From a virus (lineage: Duplodnaviria; Caudoviricetes): DNA of 59,590 bases. Positions 1 through 8,173 of the stretch are shown one piece after another. Location of the stretch: positions 1 through 59,590 of IMG/VR virus record IMGVR_UViG_3300012942_000051. One strand, 5' to 3'. Numbering within the stretch: the stretch's first letter is position 1; each line of letters begins with the position of its first letter. The translations under genes were made by a program, and so were the position numbers. The notes below the pieces were generated by a model, which saw only the letters and a list, made by a program, of their open reading frames with translations, was not told the origin of the DNA and made no database searches.

Positions 1-35
1 ACGAAACACTGCATCTAGACGATCTCGTCGATTAC

Positions 36-338
36 GTGACTATTGCAAACGACGAGACTTCGCCATGGCCTGCTGCATGGATCGAGTTTTCGGTTATCTG
101 GCATCCGCCAGAGCCAGATGTCGGCATCTTCGATTCCACGCCAGAGGTCAAACGATTGGTGTATTTCCTGGAATCGAACGAGCAAGACTTTCCGCCGCGT
201 AAGTTTACGAACCAAGGTTTGTTCGTTGCCGCGCTTCATCGTGAGATCAAGAATGATATTGCGGAAAGCTACGCCGAATTGCTCGCAATCATTCGTCGCC
301 TCGAGAACGATGCGCTTGCATCTTTAGAGAAACAATGA
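36..338 (+). CDS. Hypothetical protein with an ssrA-tag-like N-terminus (ANDETSPWPAA)
   Basis: 100-aa ORF with GTG start; no recognised domain. Confidence 0.5.
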   Translation: MTIANDETSPWPAAWIEFSVIWHPPEPDVGIFDSTPEVKRLVYFLESNEQDFPPRKFTNQGLFVAALHREIKNDIAESYAELLAIIRRLENDALASLEKQ

Positions 339-556
339 TGGACGCTGATGAACCTGATCCTGTCGCCTTTCGTTGGCACTTCGCGACTTCGGCTTTCGCG
401 CTATTGATTTGGGCGTTTGCTTACGCAGTTTTGCGATAAACGTCACTGTCAAGTACCTCGAAAAATTTATTTTCGGTTGTTGCATAAATGTCGCGCCCGA
501 ATCGCCCTGTCGTGTGTTATTACGATCGGGGGTTAGTTGTACCCGAGGAGCACACC

Positions 557-757
557 ATGCAGCGTAATATCGTAACCCTGGACAGTCTTGTCCACGCAAA
601 GTTCGTCGCCATCACCGCGGCGAAGATGGACGACAAGCAAGACGGCTACGCCGTCACTGTTAAACCACTCAACGATCCTGACGCTGATGGCGTTACGGCT
701 TTCATCTCGAAAGAGCGGGCGGAAGAAATCGGACTGGCAACGCGCATTCTGCAATAA
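557..757 (+). CDS. Hypothetical protein (66 aa)
   Basis: GAGGAG RBS before ATG 557; upstream AT-rich/TTGCAT promoter-like segment. Confidence 0.6.
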   Translation: MQRNIVTLDSLVHAKFVAITAAKMDDKQDGYAVTVKPLNDPDADGVTAFISKERAEEIGLATRILQ

Positions 758-828
758 AATTCCTGTTGCGAGAACCAACGGCACACGCTATCGTTTCGTT
801 GTCGCAATTCCGCGACGGAGGACACGCT

Positions 829-960
829 ATGATGGATCCGAACGATACGCCCGAGACCGAGACGCCCGCGACGGACGCCGACATCGCCGACCAGCCGGTC
901 GCGGACAGCTCGGATGACAATGGCGACGAGGACGTCGGCGAGGACGGCGACGGCGAATAA
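829..960 (+). CDS. Very acidic 43-aa peptide
   Basis: GGAGGA RBS; sequence MMDPNDTPETETPATDADIADQPVADSSDDNGDEDVGEDGDGE. Confidence 0.6.
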   Translation: MMDPNDTPETETPATDADIADQPVADSSDDNGDEDVGEDGDGE

Positions 961-1060
961 TCACTGATCGAGCTCACTAGGGAGCAATGCGCAAGCGGCG
1001 CTCCCTAGGTGTCGGGAGGACGTGCGGAAGGCGTCCTCCCGACACACGAGGGCAGGTGAT
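961..1060 (+). ncRNA. Candidate structured RNA (two long hairpins) upstream of the tmRNA
   Basis: CTAGGGAGC(977-985)/GCTCCCTAG(1000-1008) with a GCAA loop; GTGTCGGGAGGACG(1009-1022)/CGTCCTCCCGACAC(1032-1045) with a GGAA loop. Confidence 0.45.
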
Positions 1061-1079
1061 CGTAGTAGGGCCCTCTACG

Positions 1080-1460
1080 GATACGGTCACGGGGTGGCTC
1101 CCCGGCCCACAATAGCCAATGACCGTAATTCGGTCCGATGACACGAAACGCGAGGACGCGGGGGCAGTACCCGCCGCCTCCACCATGACTGCTGGAGCCT
1201 CTGACGGTGTCGCATCACAATCCGTCCTATGGAGGTGCCTAGATGCAAGGACACCCTGCCCTAATGCGGCAGCAGTCCAGCAGTCTTGACGGGGGCGAAC
1301 CAGGATCGACTGCGCGGACAGAATCGGAACGCGGTTTGGGTTGGCCCTCCATAATGGGCAAGATCGCAACTGCGAACGACAACTCGCGCGTGAGCGCACG
1401 GATCGCGGCCTAATCCGCCGCTATCGCCGTCCGCCGGGAACGGGGCAACAGAATCCCGGC
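1080..1460 (+). ncRNA. ssrA: Circularly permuted two-piece tmRNA, alphaproteobacterial type; tag (A)ANDNSRVSARIAA
   Basis: T-arm GCGGG-GGCAGTA-CCCGC (1158-1174) and acceptor 3' strand CGCCTCC-A-CCA (1175-1185) precede the 5' strand GGGGGCG (1291-1297, G3:U70 Ala identity pair), followed by AACCAGGATCGAC. Tag ORF runs 1372-1413. The terminal GCCGGGA/TCCCGGC stem contains GGCAACAGAA. The 5' boundary is approximate. Confidence 0.93.
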
Positions 1461-1532
1461 ACCTTATCCTAAAATAACGCTTGACGATCTTTTGCGGCGG
1501 CAACCATTGTCGCGTTCTGTCCTCCAGGCAGG

Positions 1533-1572
1533 CAAAGGGACGGTCTCTCGCTGAGCCGTCCCTTTGTTTTTC
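1533..1572 (+). terminator. Rho-independent terminator
   Basis: CAAAGGGACGG/CCGTCCCTTTG stem followed by a T-run. Confidence 0.8.
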
Positions 1573-1634
1573 TGGTTGCATTTATCATCACGATATTGCA
1601 ACATCCTTCTTGTCATTCAACTGGAGGACATGAC

Positions 1635-1985
1635 GTGATTTGGAAACAACTCGACCAACGTATTCCGCTCGAGCACGCAATCGGTTTTATCCCCGAGTTC
1701 TTGAGCGAAGCCGACCCGCGTGGAGCCGTCGATCAGTTCAAGTCGAATTACTGCGGCGGCTGGCTCGACATGACGGTTGGCATTGGCGGTTTTACCGCGT
1801 TCGACGACTTCAACAAGTTGAAGTATCCTGGCGACCCGCCGCTTCACGCGCTCGCCGAGACGACGCTTCACGGCGGCGTCTACGCCGACAAGGATCGCAG
1901 GCCCGAGCGGATCGTCGTCTACGAATCCGCGTTTGTCGCGGTAATCGCGGAAGACGGCTCGTTCCGCGTTTCGAGGCTCGACTAA
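1635..1985 (+). CDS. Hypothetical phage protein
   Basis: GGAGGA RBS before GTG 1635; protein-like composition. Confidence 0.7.
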   Translation: MIWKQLDQRIPLEHAIGFIPEFLSEADPRGAVDQFKSNYCGGWLDMTVGIGGFTAFDDFNKLKYPGDPPLHALAETTLHGGVYADKDRRPERIVVYESAFVAVIAEDGSFRVSRLD

Positions 1986-2134
1986 TGGCGAAGCGTATTG
2001 TTATGACCCGGGAACGTAAGGCCGCGTTCCCGGCGATTCTCGCAGCCGCGCGTGCTGCAACGCGCCATGTTCCTATGAACAGCAAACAGCGTGCGGAGCT
2101 CGAGCAGGCGTTGGAGACGTTCCGTGAGTGTTAA
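1985..2134 (+). CDS. Small hypothetical protein
   Basis: TAATG overlap with the upstream stop codon. Confidence 0.5.
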   Translation: MAKRIVMTRERKAAFPAILAAARAATRHVPMNSKQRAELEQALETFREC

Positions 2135-2138
2135 GATC

Positions 2139-2300
2139 ATGGAAGAGTGGCGAGCGGTCGCAGCTAGCGGCCGCATCGTCGCGACTTTCGCCGAACGCGA
2201 GCTAGCAAAGAGCTGGCGGGAAACGCACCAGTCACACTCTGTCACTATGAGACGAGTGTTGACTATCACAGTCGAGGAAACGGACGATGAATTACGCTGA
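2139..2300 (+). CDS. Small hypothetical protein
   Basis: Part of a tightly packed chain of small ORFs. Confidence 0.45.
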   Translation: MEEWRAVAASGRIVATFAERELAKSWRETHQSHSVTMRRVLTITVEETDDELR

Positions 2301-2430
2301 GGCTGCATACTTCGACGGCAATCACTGTCAGCACGTCGCGGACCGCGACGAGCACCGTCGCCTGCAGCGCATCAGCGAACAAGCCCGTCGCTACGGGCGT
2401 GATCGTCGCTATGGAGGACGCAGCAAATGA
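2287..2430 (+). CDS. Small hypothetical protein (47 aa)
   Basis: GAGGA upstream; ATGA coupling to the next ORF; below the ORF-track length cutoff. Confidence 0.45.
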   Translation: MNYAEAAYFDGNHCQHVADRDEHRRLQRISEQARRYGRDRRYGGRSK

Positions 2431-2579
2431 TTGAGAAAGCCTTGCTCGCACTGCTGATCGTGTTTGCGCTCGTAACGGCGTTGCCGCCAATCGTTGCGCA
2501 TATCGAGCACAACGCTCGCACGATCCAGTGCGCAGAACAGCACGTCACGATCTGCGTTTACGACAGACACGCAAAATGA
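2427..2579 (+). CDS. Small membrane or secreted peptide (50 aa)
   Basis: GGAGGA RBS; hydrophobic N-terminus MIEKALLALLIVFALVTALPP; ATGA coupling at both ends. Confidence 0.55.
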   Translation: MIEKALLALLIVFALVTALPPIVAHIEHNARTIQCAEQHVTICVYDRHAK

Positions 2580-2827
2580 AGTGTTTTATCTGGCAACGGA
2601 CGGGCGAGGTTACGCACCACTACCACGCCGAAGCTGGCGTTATTGTCTTCGCACTTGATCTCGCGCTTGCGCGGCGTTCGTTCAAGACGTGGCAAGAACA
2701 GAACAACGCCTTCGGCGTCCAGGAAAAATGCGGCGTTTATCTGCTCGATCCGGACATTGTCGTAAACTGCGTTTTCGGAACACCATCGAGGATATTCGTC
2801 TTTCCCGATAAAGGGTGCTGCGGGTAG
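2576..2827 (+). CDS. Hypothetical phage protein
   Basis: ATGA coupling; ends IFVFPDKGCCG. Confidence 0.6.
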   Translation: MKCFIWQRTGEVTHHYHAEAGVIVFALDLALARRSFKTWQEQNNAFGVQEKCGVYLLDPDIVVNCVFGTPSRIFVFPDKGCCG

Positions 2828-2879
2828 GCGTATTGAGACTACGTTGACAAGCGAGTAGGGGCGCGCGCATATAGCGACT

Positions 2880-3593
2880 ATGCACGCCCCTTACATCCTC
2901 GCTGACATGCCGATGGACCTTGCGGTCGCGCTCGATCCCGATGAACGTAAGTTCCTAGCAGAATACATCATCGATCTCGACGTGCTGAACGCAACCAAGC
3001 GGGCTGGCATTTACAACGGCAAGAAGTACAAGGACTCGAGCTTCGAGCGCCTTGGCAAGAAGATTCTCGACCGAACGCATGTGCGCGCGGCGTTGCACTG
3101 GCTGCAATCGTACCGCGCCCGGCACTCGGAAATCAACGCCGAGAAGGTTATCAAACGCCTGTGGGCAATCGCAACCGCCGACGCAAGCGAGATCTCGGCG
3201 GTGCGCGTATTCTGCTGCCGCAACTGTCACGGCGAAGACTTCCAGTATCAGTGGATCAACGAGACAGAGTTTAACTTCGCCAAAGCTGCGAATGACTTTG
3301 TGTCGGATGCGGGAGGCTACGGGTACGATCCCGAAAATCGACCGAACAAACTATGCCCACATTGCAAGGGGCTCGGCGAGCAGGCTGTGTTCCTTGCGGA
3401 TTCGCGCGATTATTCGGCCGACGCAAAACTGCTCTACGCTGGGGCGAAGCAAACGCGCTACGGGATCGAAGTCAAGACACATGACCAAATGCGCGCTATG
3501 GAGATGACTGCGAAGATCCTTGGCTTGTTTGGTGGCGACGAACCCGGCGACAATCAAATCCGCGTGATCGTTCAAGGCGGATTGCCAGAATGA
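2880..3593 (+). CDS. terS: Terminase small subunit with Zn-finger insertion
   Basis: N-terminal 'EYIIDLDVLNATKRAG' TerS-like helix-turn-helix; CRNC...CPHC; lies upstream of terL. Confidence 0.8.
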   Translation: MHAPYILADMPMDLAVALDPDERKFLAEYIIDLDVLNATKRAGIYNGKKYKDSSFERLGKKILDRTHVRAALHWLQSYRARHSEINAEKVIKRLWAIATADASEISAVRVFCCRNCHGEDFQYQWINETEFNFAKAANDFVSDAGGYGYDPENRPNKLCPHCKGLGEQAVFLADSRDYSADAKLLYAGAKQTRYGIEVKTHDQMRAMEMTAKILGLFGGDEPGDNQIRVIVQGGLPE

Positions 3594-3652
3594 GTTGCCT
3601 TTCTGCGCGCTTTGGATCATGCGAAAAGCTCTACACGTCTGGAGGACGAGCG

Positions 3653-4183
3653 ATGGGTTTTTTCGGATGGTTATTTGCCGGCTTTTTCGTAAATCGGCAA
3701 CACCGCGACAATATGCGCCAACTCAGGACGCAGCAGGCGACGCGGCAATCCATGGATGCCATGCTGCGCCTCGCATGTGCGCCGGATGAGCGGCAGCGTC
3801 AGATCATCGCGCGACAGATCGTTGCCGATCGAGCAGTCGAACAAGCGACGCAGCGCCGTTTGGGCGTCCTTCGTGCGATGCTTTGGTTTGTCGTTTGCGG
3901 GATCGCGCTGGGCGGCGCCTACGCGCTCGTAACGTCAACACCCTCACAAACGGACACCCCGCCCGCGGTCGCCCCTGTAGGGACGGCACAGGCGCCTGCA
4001 ATCGCCGGATCTGAAACAACGGCGCAGCTGCTCGCCGAATTGTCGAAGCCGATGCCGTGCGCTCATCCGTTCAAACAAGACGGGGCAACGCTTTGCGACA
4101 CGTCGCAGCAGGACAACGATCCGGCTGCGACCGAAAAACGAGCGCGCTCGTACTTGCACGACGCTGACGAGAATGCCAACTGA
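3653..4183 (+). CDS. Membrane protein inserted between terS and terL
   Basis: GGAGGA RBS; TM segment MLWFVVCGIALGGAYALV, a Pro/Ala linker and a C-terminal Cys pair. Confidence 0.65.
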   Translation: MGFFGWLFAGFFVNRQHRDNMRQLRTQQATRQSMDAMLRLACAPDERQRQIIARQIVADRAVEQATQRRLGVLRAMLWFVVCGIALGGAYALVTSTPSQTDTPPAVAPVGTAQAPAIAGSETTAQLLAELSKPMPCAHPFKQDGATLCDTSQQDNDPAATEKRARSYLHDADENAN

Positions 4184-5575
4184 GTGCGTGACGTTCCAGT
4201 CCAGCTGCCGGTTCTTCATGCTGGGCAAGTTCGAGCGTTAAAGGCATCCGAGCCATCCGCGCGTCAGCTCTCGATCTCGCCGCAATTTGCCGAGAACAAG
4301 GGAGGCAAACGAAAATCCGTTCGTTGCGGGCGACGCTGGGGCAAGACAGCTCTCGGGCAAGTCTGGCTTGGCGACGGTGCACTTAAGAGCTACCCGTGCG
4401 CGATTTTTGCGCCAGACTACAAACGTATGTCGGAAGTCTTCGAGGAGATGCGCACTACGCTTGAGCCAGTATTGGCGAAGCGCGGCGGCTCGAGCAAGAT
4501 GGATGGCGTTATTCGCCTTATCACGGGCGGTAGAATCGACTTTTGGACGCTCGAAGACGAGAACGCTGGGCGATCGCGTAAGTATAAGCGCGTGCTGCTC
4601 GACGAGTGCGGATTTGCAAAAGCCAGCATGATGCGCGTTTGGAATCGCGCGATCGAGCCGACGTTGCTCGATCTTAATGGCGATTGCATGGCGACGTCCA
4701 ACACTAACGGCATCGATCCCGAAAACTTCCTTTGGCAGATCTGCAACGAGCCTGAGCACGGCTTTATCGAAGTCCACGAACCAACGTGGAATAATCCATT
4801 CGTGCCCGGCCGCATGCCGAACCAAACTGACGAAGAACACGAAGAACACCGCGCCGCCTACTATGCAAAATTGAAGGCGAGGACGCACCCGCTCGTCTTT
4901 GCGCAGGAATATGAAGCAGAGTTTGTCGATTGGGCGGGTGCCGCGTTCTTCACTGCCGATAAGTGGCTTGGCGACAACGGCGAACCCGTTCCAGATCCGA
5001 CAAACTGCGATACCGTCTTCGCCGTTATCGATTCCGCTGTTAAAACAGGTTCGGGGAACGACGGCACAGCCGTCATCTATTTTGCGCGCAACCGTTATGC
5101 TGGCGTGCCGCTGTATATTCTCGACTGGGACATCGTCCAGATCGAAGGTGCGAGCTTGTACCCGTGGCTTGAAGGCGTGTTTGCTAACCTCACGGCTTAC
5201 GCTCAGAAATATCGGGCACGCGAGGGTGTCCGCGGCGCATGGGTGGAAGACAAGGCGTCGGGCTCGATCCTTTTGCAGCAGGCGCGCAAGCTGCGCTCAG
5301 ACGTCTATCCGATCGGCGGCGCCTGGCTGTCTGTGGGCAAAGATGAACGTGCGCTTGCAGTTTCTTCATATCACTACCAAGGCAACACAAAGATTCTTCG
5401 TTGTGCGAACGATAAAGTAACGCTATACAAGGGCACGCAACGTAACCATCTGCTCGGTCAGGTCACAGGTTTTCGCCTCGGCGACCCACATGCCGGCAAG
5501 CGTGCGGATGACTTGCTCGACGCCTATGTCCACGGGTTAGAGTTGACATTCGGGGACGGCAAAAGGACAGGGTAG
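4184..5575 (+). CDS. terL: Terminase large subunit
   Basis: Walker A CGRRWGKT, Walker B VLLDE, nuclease motifs VIDSA..G..D and DDLLDA. Confidence 0.95.
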   Translation: MRDVPVQLPVLHAGQVRALKASEPSARQLSISPQFAENKGGKRKSVRCGRRWGKTALGQVWLGDGALKSYPCAIFAPDYKRMSEVFEEMRTTLEPVLAKRGGSSKMDGVIRLITGGRIDFWTLEDENAGRSRKYKRVLLDECGFAKASMMRVWNRAIEPTLLDLNGDCMATSNTNGIDPENFLWQICNEPEHGFIEVHEPTWNNPFVPGRMPNQTDEEHEEHRAAYYAKLKARTHPLVFAQEYEAEFVDWAGAAFFTADKWLGDNGEPVPDPTNCDTVFAVIDSAVKTGSGNDGTAVIYFARNRYAGVPLYILDWDIVQIEGASLYPWLEGVFANLTAYAQKYRAREGVRGAWVEDKASGSILLQQARKLRSDVYPIGGAWLSVGKDERALAVSSYHYQGNTKILRCANDKVTLYKGTQRNHLLGQVTGFRLGDPHAGKRADDLLDAYVHGLELTFGDGKRTG

Positions 5576-7053
5576 TGGCCAACATCACGGATCGCGTCGC
5601 TCTTGGCAATGCTTTCCACAAACTGATGGTGGCAGCAGACATTACGCCTGGCGACAGTGCAGGATATGAGCTCGCAAAGCTTATCTACCTGTATCACCCG
5701 CATGGCAGTAAGATCGTTGACAAGCCTTTGGTGCTCGCAACGTCGAAACCGCGCAAACTTAGCGTTCCGGGTGCGGCTGGTGACGGCACCGATCTGATCG
5801 AAGCTTTCCAGAAGCAATGGGAGGCCGACGATTGCACCGAGCACTTGCTCAATATCGGTCGCCTTGCGCGCATTTATGGCATCGCGTCAATCGGCATCGT
5901 CGAGAAAGATGCCGATTCTGAAACGCAACTCGAATACGCGGGCCTGCCCAAGGCAACGATGTCCTATAACGAGTGGGATCCGCTAAACACGTCGGGTTCG
6001 CTTGTTTTCAACCAGGATCCAAACGCGCTCGATTTCCAAAAGAATTCGGGCGTGCGCGTCAACGGCACGACTTATCATCCGAGCCGTGTTGTCGTGCTGC
6101 AGCACGAGAATCCAATCTATATCGCTTACGAGTCTTCGGGCTACGGCTATACTGGCCGCTCGGCGTATCAACGTGCATTGCTGCCGCTAAAGCAATTCGT
6201 GCAGCTAATGTCTGCGAACGGCATGGTGGCACTTAAAGCCGGCGTGCTTGTCGCTAAGACGGAATCGCCTTCATCCGCGGTCGATCGGCCTATGCTTGGC
6301 TTCTTGCGTCAGAAACGCGAGATGGTAAAGGAAGCCGAAAACGGCAATGTTCTGTCGATTAGCACCAACGAAGCGATCGAAAGCCTGAATCTTCAGAATA
6401 TCGATGGCGCTTTGAACGCTGTTCGGCGTAATATCATCGAAGACATGGCAGCTGGCGCAGGCATGCCAGCAAAGCTGCTGCTCGAAGACACGTTTGCTGT
6501 CGGATTCGGCGAGGGCTCCGAAGACTCGAAGGCGATTGCGCAGTATCTCTCGACGATCCGCGACTGGCTCAATCCCGCTTATGCGTTCCTCGACCGCTTG
6601 ACGATGCACCGCGCGTGGAACGAAGAGTTTTACGCTGCGATAAAAGACAAATATCCCGAGCAATATGCCGACGTTCCTTATGCCGTCGCATTTGCCGATT
6701 GGCAAAATGCTTTTGTTGCCGATTGGCCGAATTTGCTCGAAGAAACCGACGCCGAGAAGGCGGAAGCCGAGAAGGTCACGCTCGAGGCTGTCACGTCGGT
6801 TTTTCAGGTGCTTGCACCCGAGCTGCCGCCGAGCGAAAAGGCGAAGCTAGTTGACTGGGTCGCGGCTAATCTTAACGCAAAATCGCACCTGTTTCCTGCA
6901 CCGCTTGAGCTCGATATCTCAGCGATTGCAGATTTCGCCGAGGAGCAGGAAGAGAAAGAAGCTTCGGCTGGCGCGTCAGACATGGACGACGGAGACGAGC
7001 TCGAGCTGCCCAAAGCGCGGCGGCCGCGAGTTGTCGGGCTTTCCGGGCTGTGA
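5575..7053 (+). CDS. Portal protein (DUF1073-like)
   Basis: 492 aa directly after terL; HPSRVVVL and 'AAGAGMPAKLL' motifs typical of this portal family. Confidence 0.85.
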   Translation: MANITDRVALGNAFHKLMVAADITPGDSAGYELAKLIYLYHPHGSKIVDKPLVLATSKPRKLSVPGAAGDGTDLIEAFQKQWEADDCTEHLLNIGRLARIYGIASIGIVEKDADSETQLEYAGLPKATMSYNEWDPLNTSGSLVFNQDPNALDFQKNSGVRVNGTTYHPSRVVVLQHENPIYIAYESSGYGYTGRSAYQRALLPLKQFVQLMSANGMVALKAGVLVAKTESPSSAVDRPMLGFLRQKREMVKEAENGNVLSISTNEAIESLNLQNIDGALNAVRRNIIEDMAAGAGMPAKLLLEDTFAVGFGEGSEDSKAIAQYLSTIRDWLNPAYAFLDRLTMHRAWNEEFYAAIKDKYPEQYADVPYAVAFADWQNAFVADWPNLLEETDAEKAEAEKVTLEAVTSVFQVLAPELPPSEKAKLVDWVAANLNAKSHLFPAPLELDISAIADFAEEQEEKEASAGASDMDDGDELELPKARRPRVVGLSGL

Positions 7054-7316
7054 GCGAACGCGCAGACGACGTTCTGCAGGCGGCGACGCGAGACGCGAAA
7101 CTTGCCATGGACGTGCTTAGCGGTTTCAACGAAGGGTGGAATCTGTTTGTGCGCGCTTGTCAATCGCAACAGACCGATCTCGCCAATATCCACGGGCAAC
7201 GTCTGGTCGCGATTGTCGAGTCTGCTGTTGACCTTTACCAGACAGCGCATCGCCGCATTGCGCAGTTTGAGAAAATGACGCATGACCCGATGACGCCGCG
7301 GGAGCCGCGCAAGTGA
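7050..7316 (+). CDS. Hypothetical protein
   Basis: GTGA overlaps at both ends. Confidence 0.6.
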   Translation: MSERADDVLQAATRDAKLAMDVLSGFNEGWNLFVRACQSQQTDLANIHGQRLVAIVESAVDLYQTAHRRIAQFEKMTHDPMTPREPRK

Positions 7317-8173
7317 GCCGCAAACGTTTCTACGAGACGGTAGCCGCCGCAATTCGTGACTTTGCTATCCATGGCTACGACAGCCAAGAACGTCTCGATC
7401 ATTGGCGCCGGCTGCTCGAAGAAGCGGCGAAAGCGTCGTTTGTCGATATGGACCAAGTCGAGCGCGACATTCGCAGAACGATGGTCGCGGGCTATCACCG
7501 GCTTATCACACGCGGCGGTATTCTGAAACGAATGCCGCAGGTTCACGCCTACACGCTGGAAAAGATCAAGCCTGCGCTACACAGCGAGCTAAATCGGCGC
7601 ATCATGGCGAGCGTCGATCTAATCAAGCTCAATCGACCCCTTGCTGTGGCTAAGACTTTGCAGCGCTTCACAGGCTGGGCGTCATCCGTACCAGAAGGCG
7701 GCTTTCCGAAAGATATTCGGAAAGGCGCGTTCAAGCCTGCCGACGTGAGGAAGGATCTTCATAAGGCGATGACCTCGCTGCCGTTTGAAGAACGGCGCGT
7801 CATCATCGATCAGAACGCGAAGTTGTTTTCTGCGATCAACTCGACGGTTGCAGAAGCGGGCGGCGCTATTGGAGCCATTTGGCAAAGCCATAAACATCAG
7901 CGTAATTACAATGGGCGCCCTGCCCATAATAAGCGTGACGGACACGTTTTTCTGGTTCGCGACTCATGGGCAATTAAAAAGGGTCTCGTCAAAAAGGGCG
8001 CCGGCGATTATGTCGATAGTGTCGAGCAGCCCGGCGAGTTCGTTTTCTGTCGCTGCAGCTGGATCTATATCTTTTCATTGCGCGACCTGCCAAAAGACTG
8101 GCTAACGAAGAAAGGCGAGGAGGTCCTCGCCGAAGCTCGTGCCAAGACGAAGGAGCTCTTACGTGCCTCTTGA
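7313..8173 (+). CDS. Head morphogenesis protein (Mu gpF / SPP1 gp7-like)
   Basis: RPAH..RDG and PGEFVFCRC motifs; position after the portal. Confidence 0.85.
   Translation: MSRKRFYETVAAAIRDFAIHGYDSQERLDHWRRLLEEAAKASFVDMDQVERDIRRTMVAGYHRLITRGGILKRMPQVHAYTLEKIKPALHSELNRRIMASVDLIKLNRPLAVAKTLQRFTGWASSVPEGGFPKDIRKGAFKPADVRKDLHKAMTSLPFEERRVIIDQNAKLFSAINSTVAEAGGAIGAIWQSHKHQRNYNGRPAHNKRDGHVFLVRDSWAIKKGLVKKGAGDYVDSVEQPGEFVFCRCSWIYIFSLRDLPKDWLTKKGEEVLAEARAKTKELLRAS

Noticed and set aside
1135-1160. Hammerhead-like CCGATGA...CGAAAC
   Set aside because: No room for stem II, the core is non-canonical, and the segment is explained by the tmRNA acceptor piece.
1155-1185. tRNA gene or attP fragment ending in CCA
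   Set aside because: No anticodon arm. It pairs with the 5' strand at 1291 as a permuted tmRNA, the whole gene is present, and there is no integrase.
977-1581. Minus-strand ORFs 977..1399 and 1261..1581
   Set aside because: They are antisense to the tmRNA and structured RNAs, with no RBS or protein-like features.
5575-7053. DUF1073 protein as an anti-CBASS Acb1
   Set aside because: Position and size indicate a portal, and I see no appended phosphoesterase domain.
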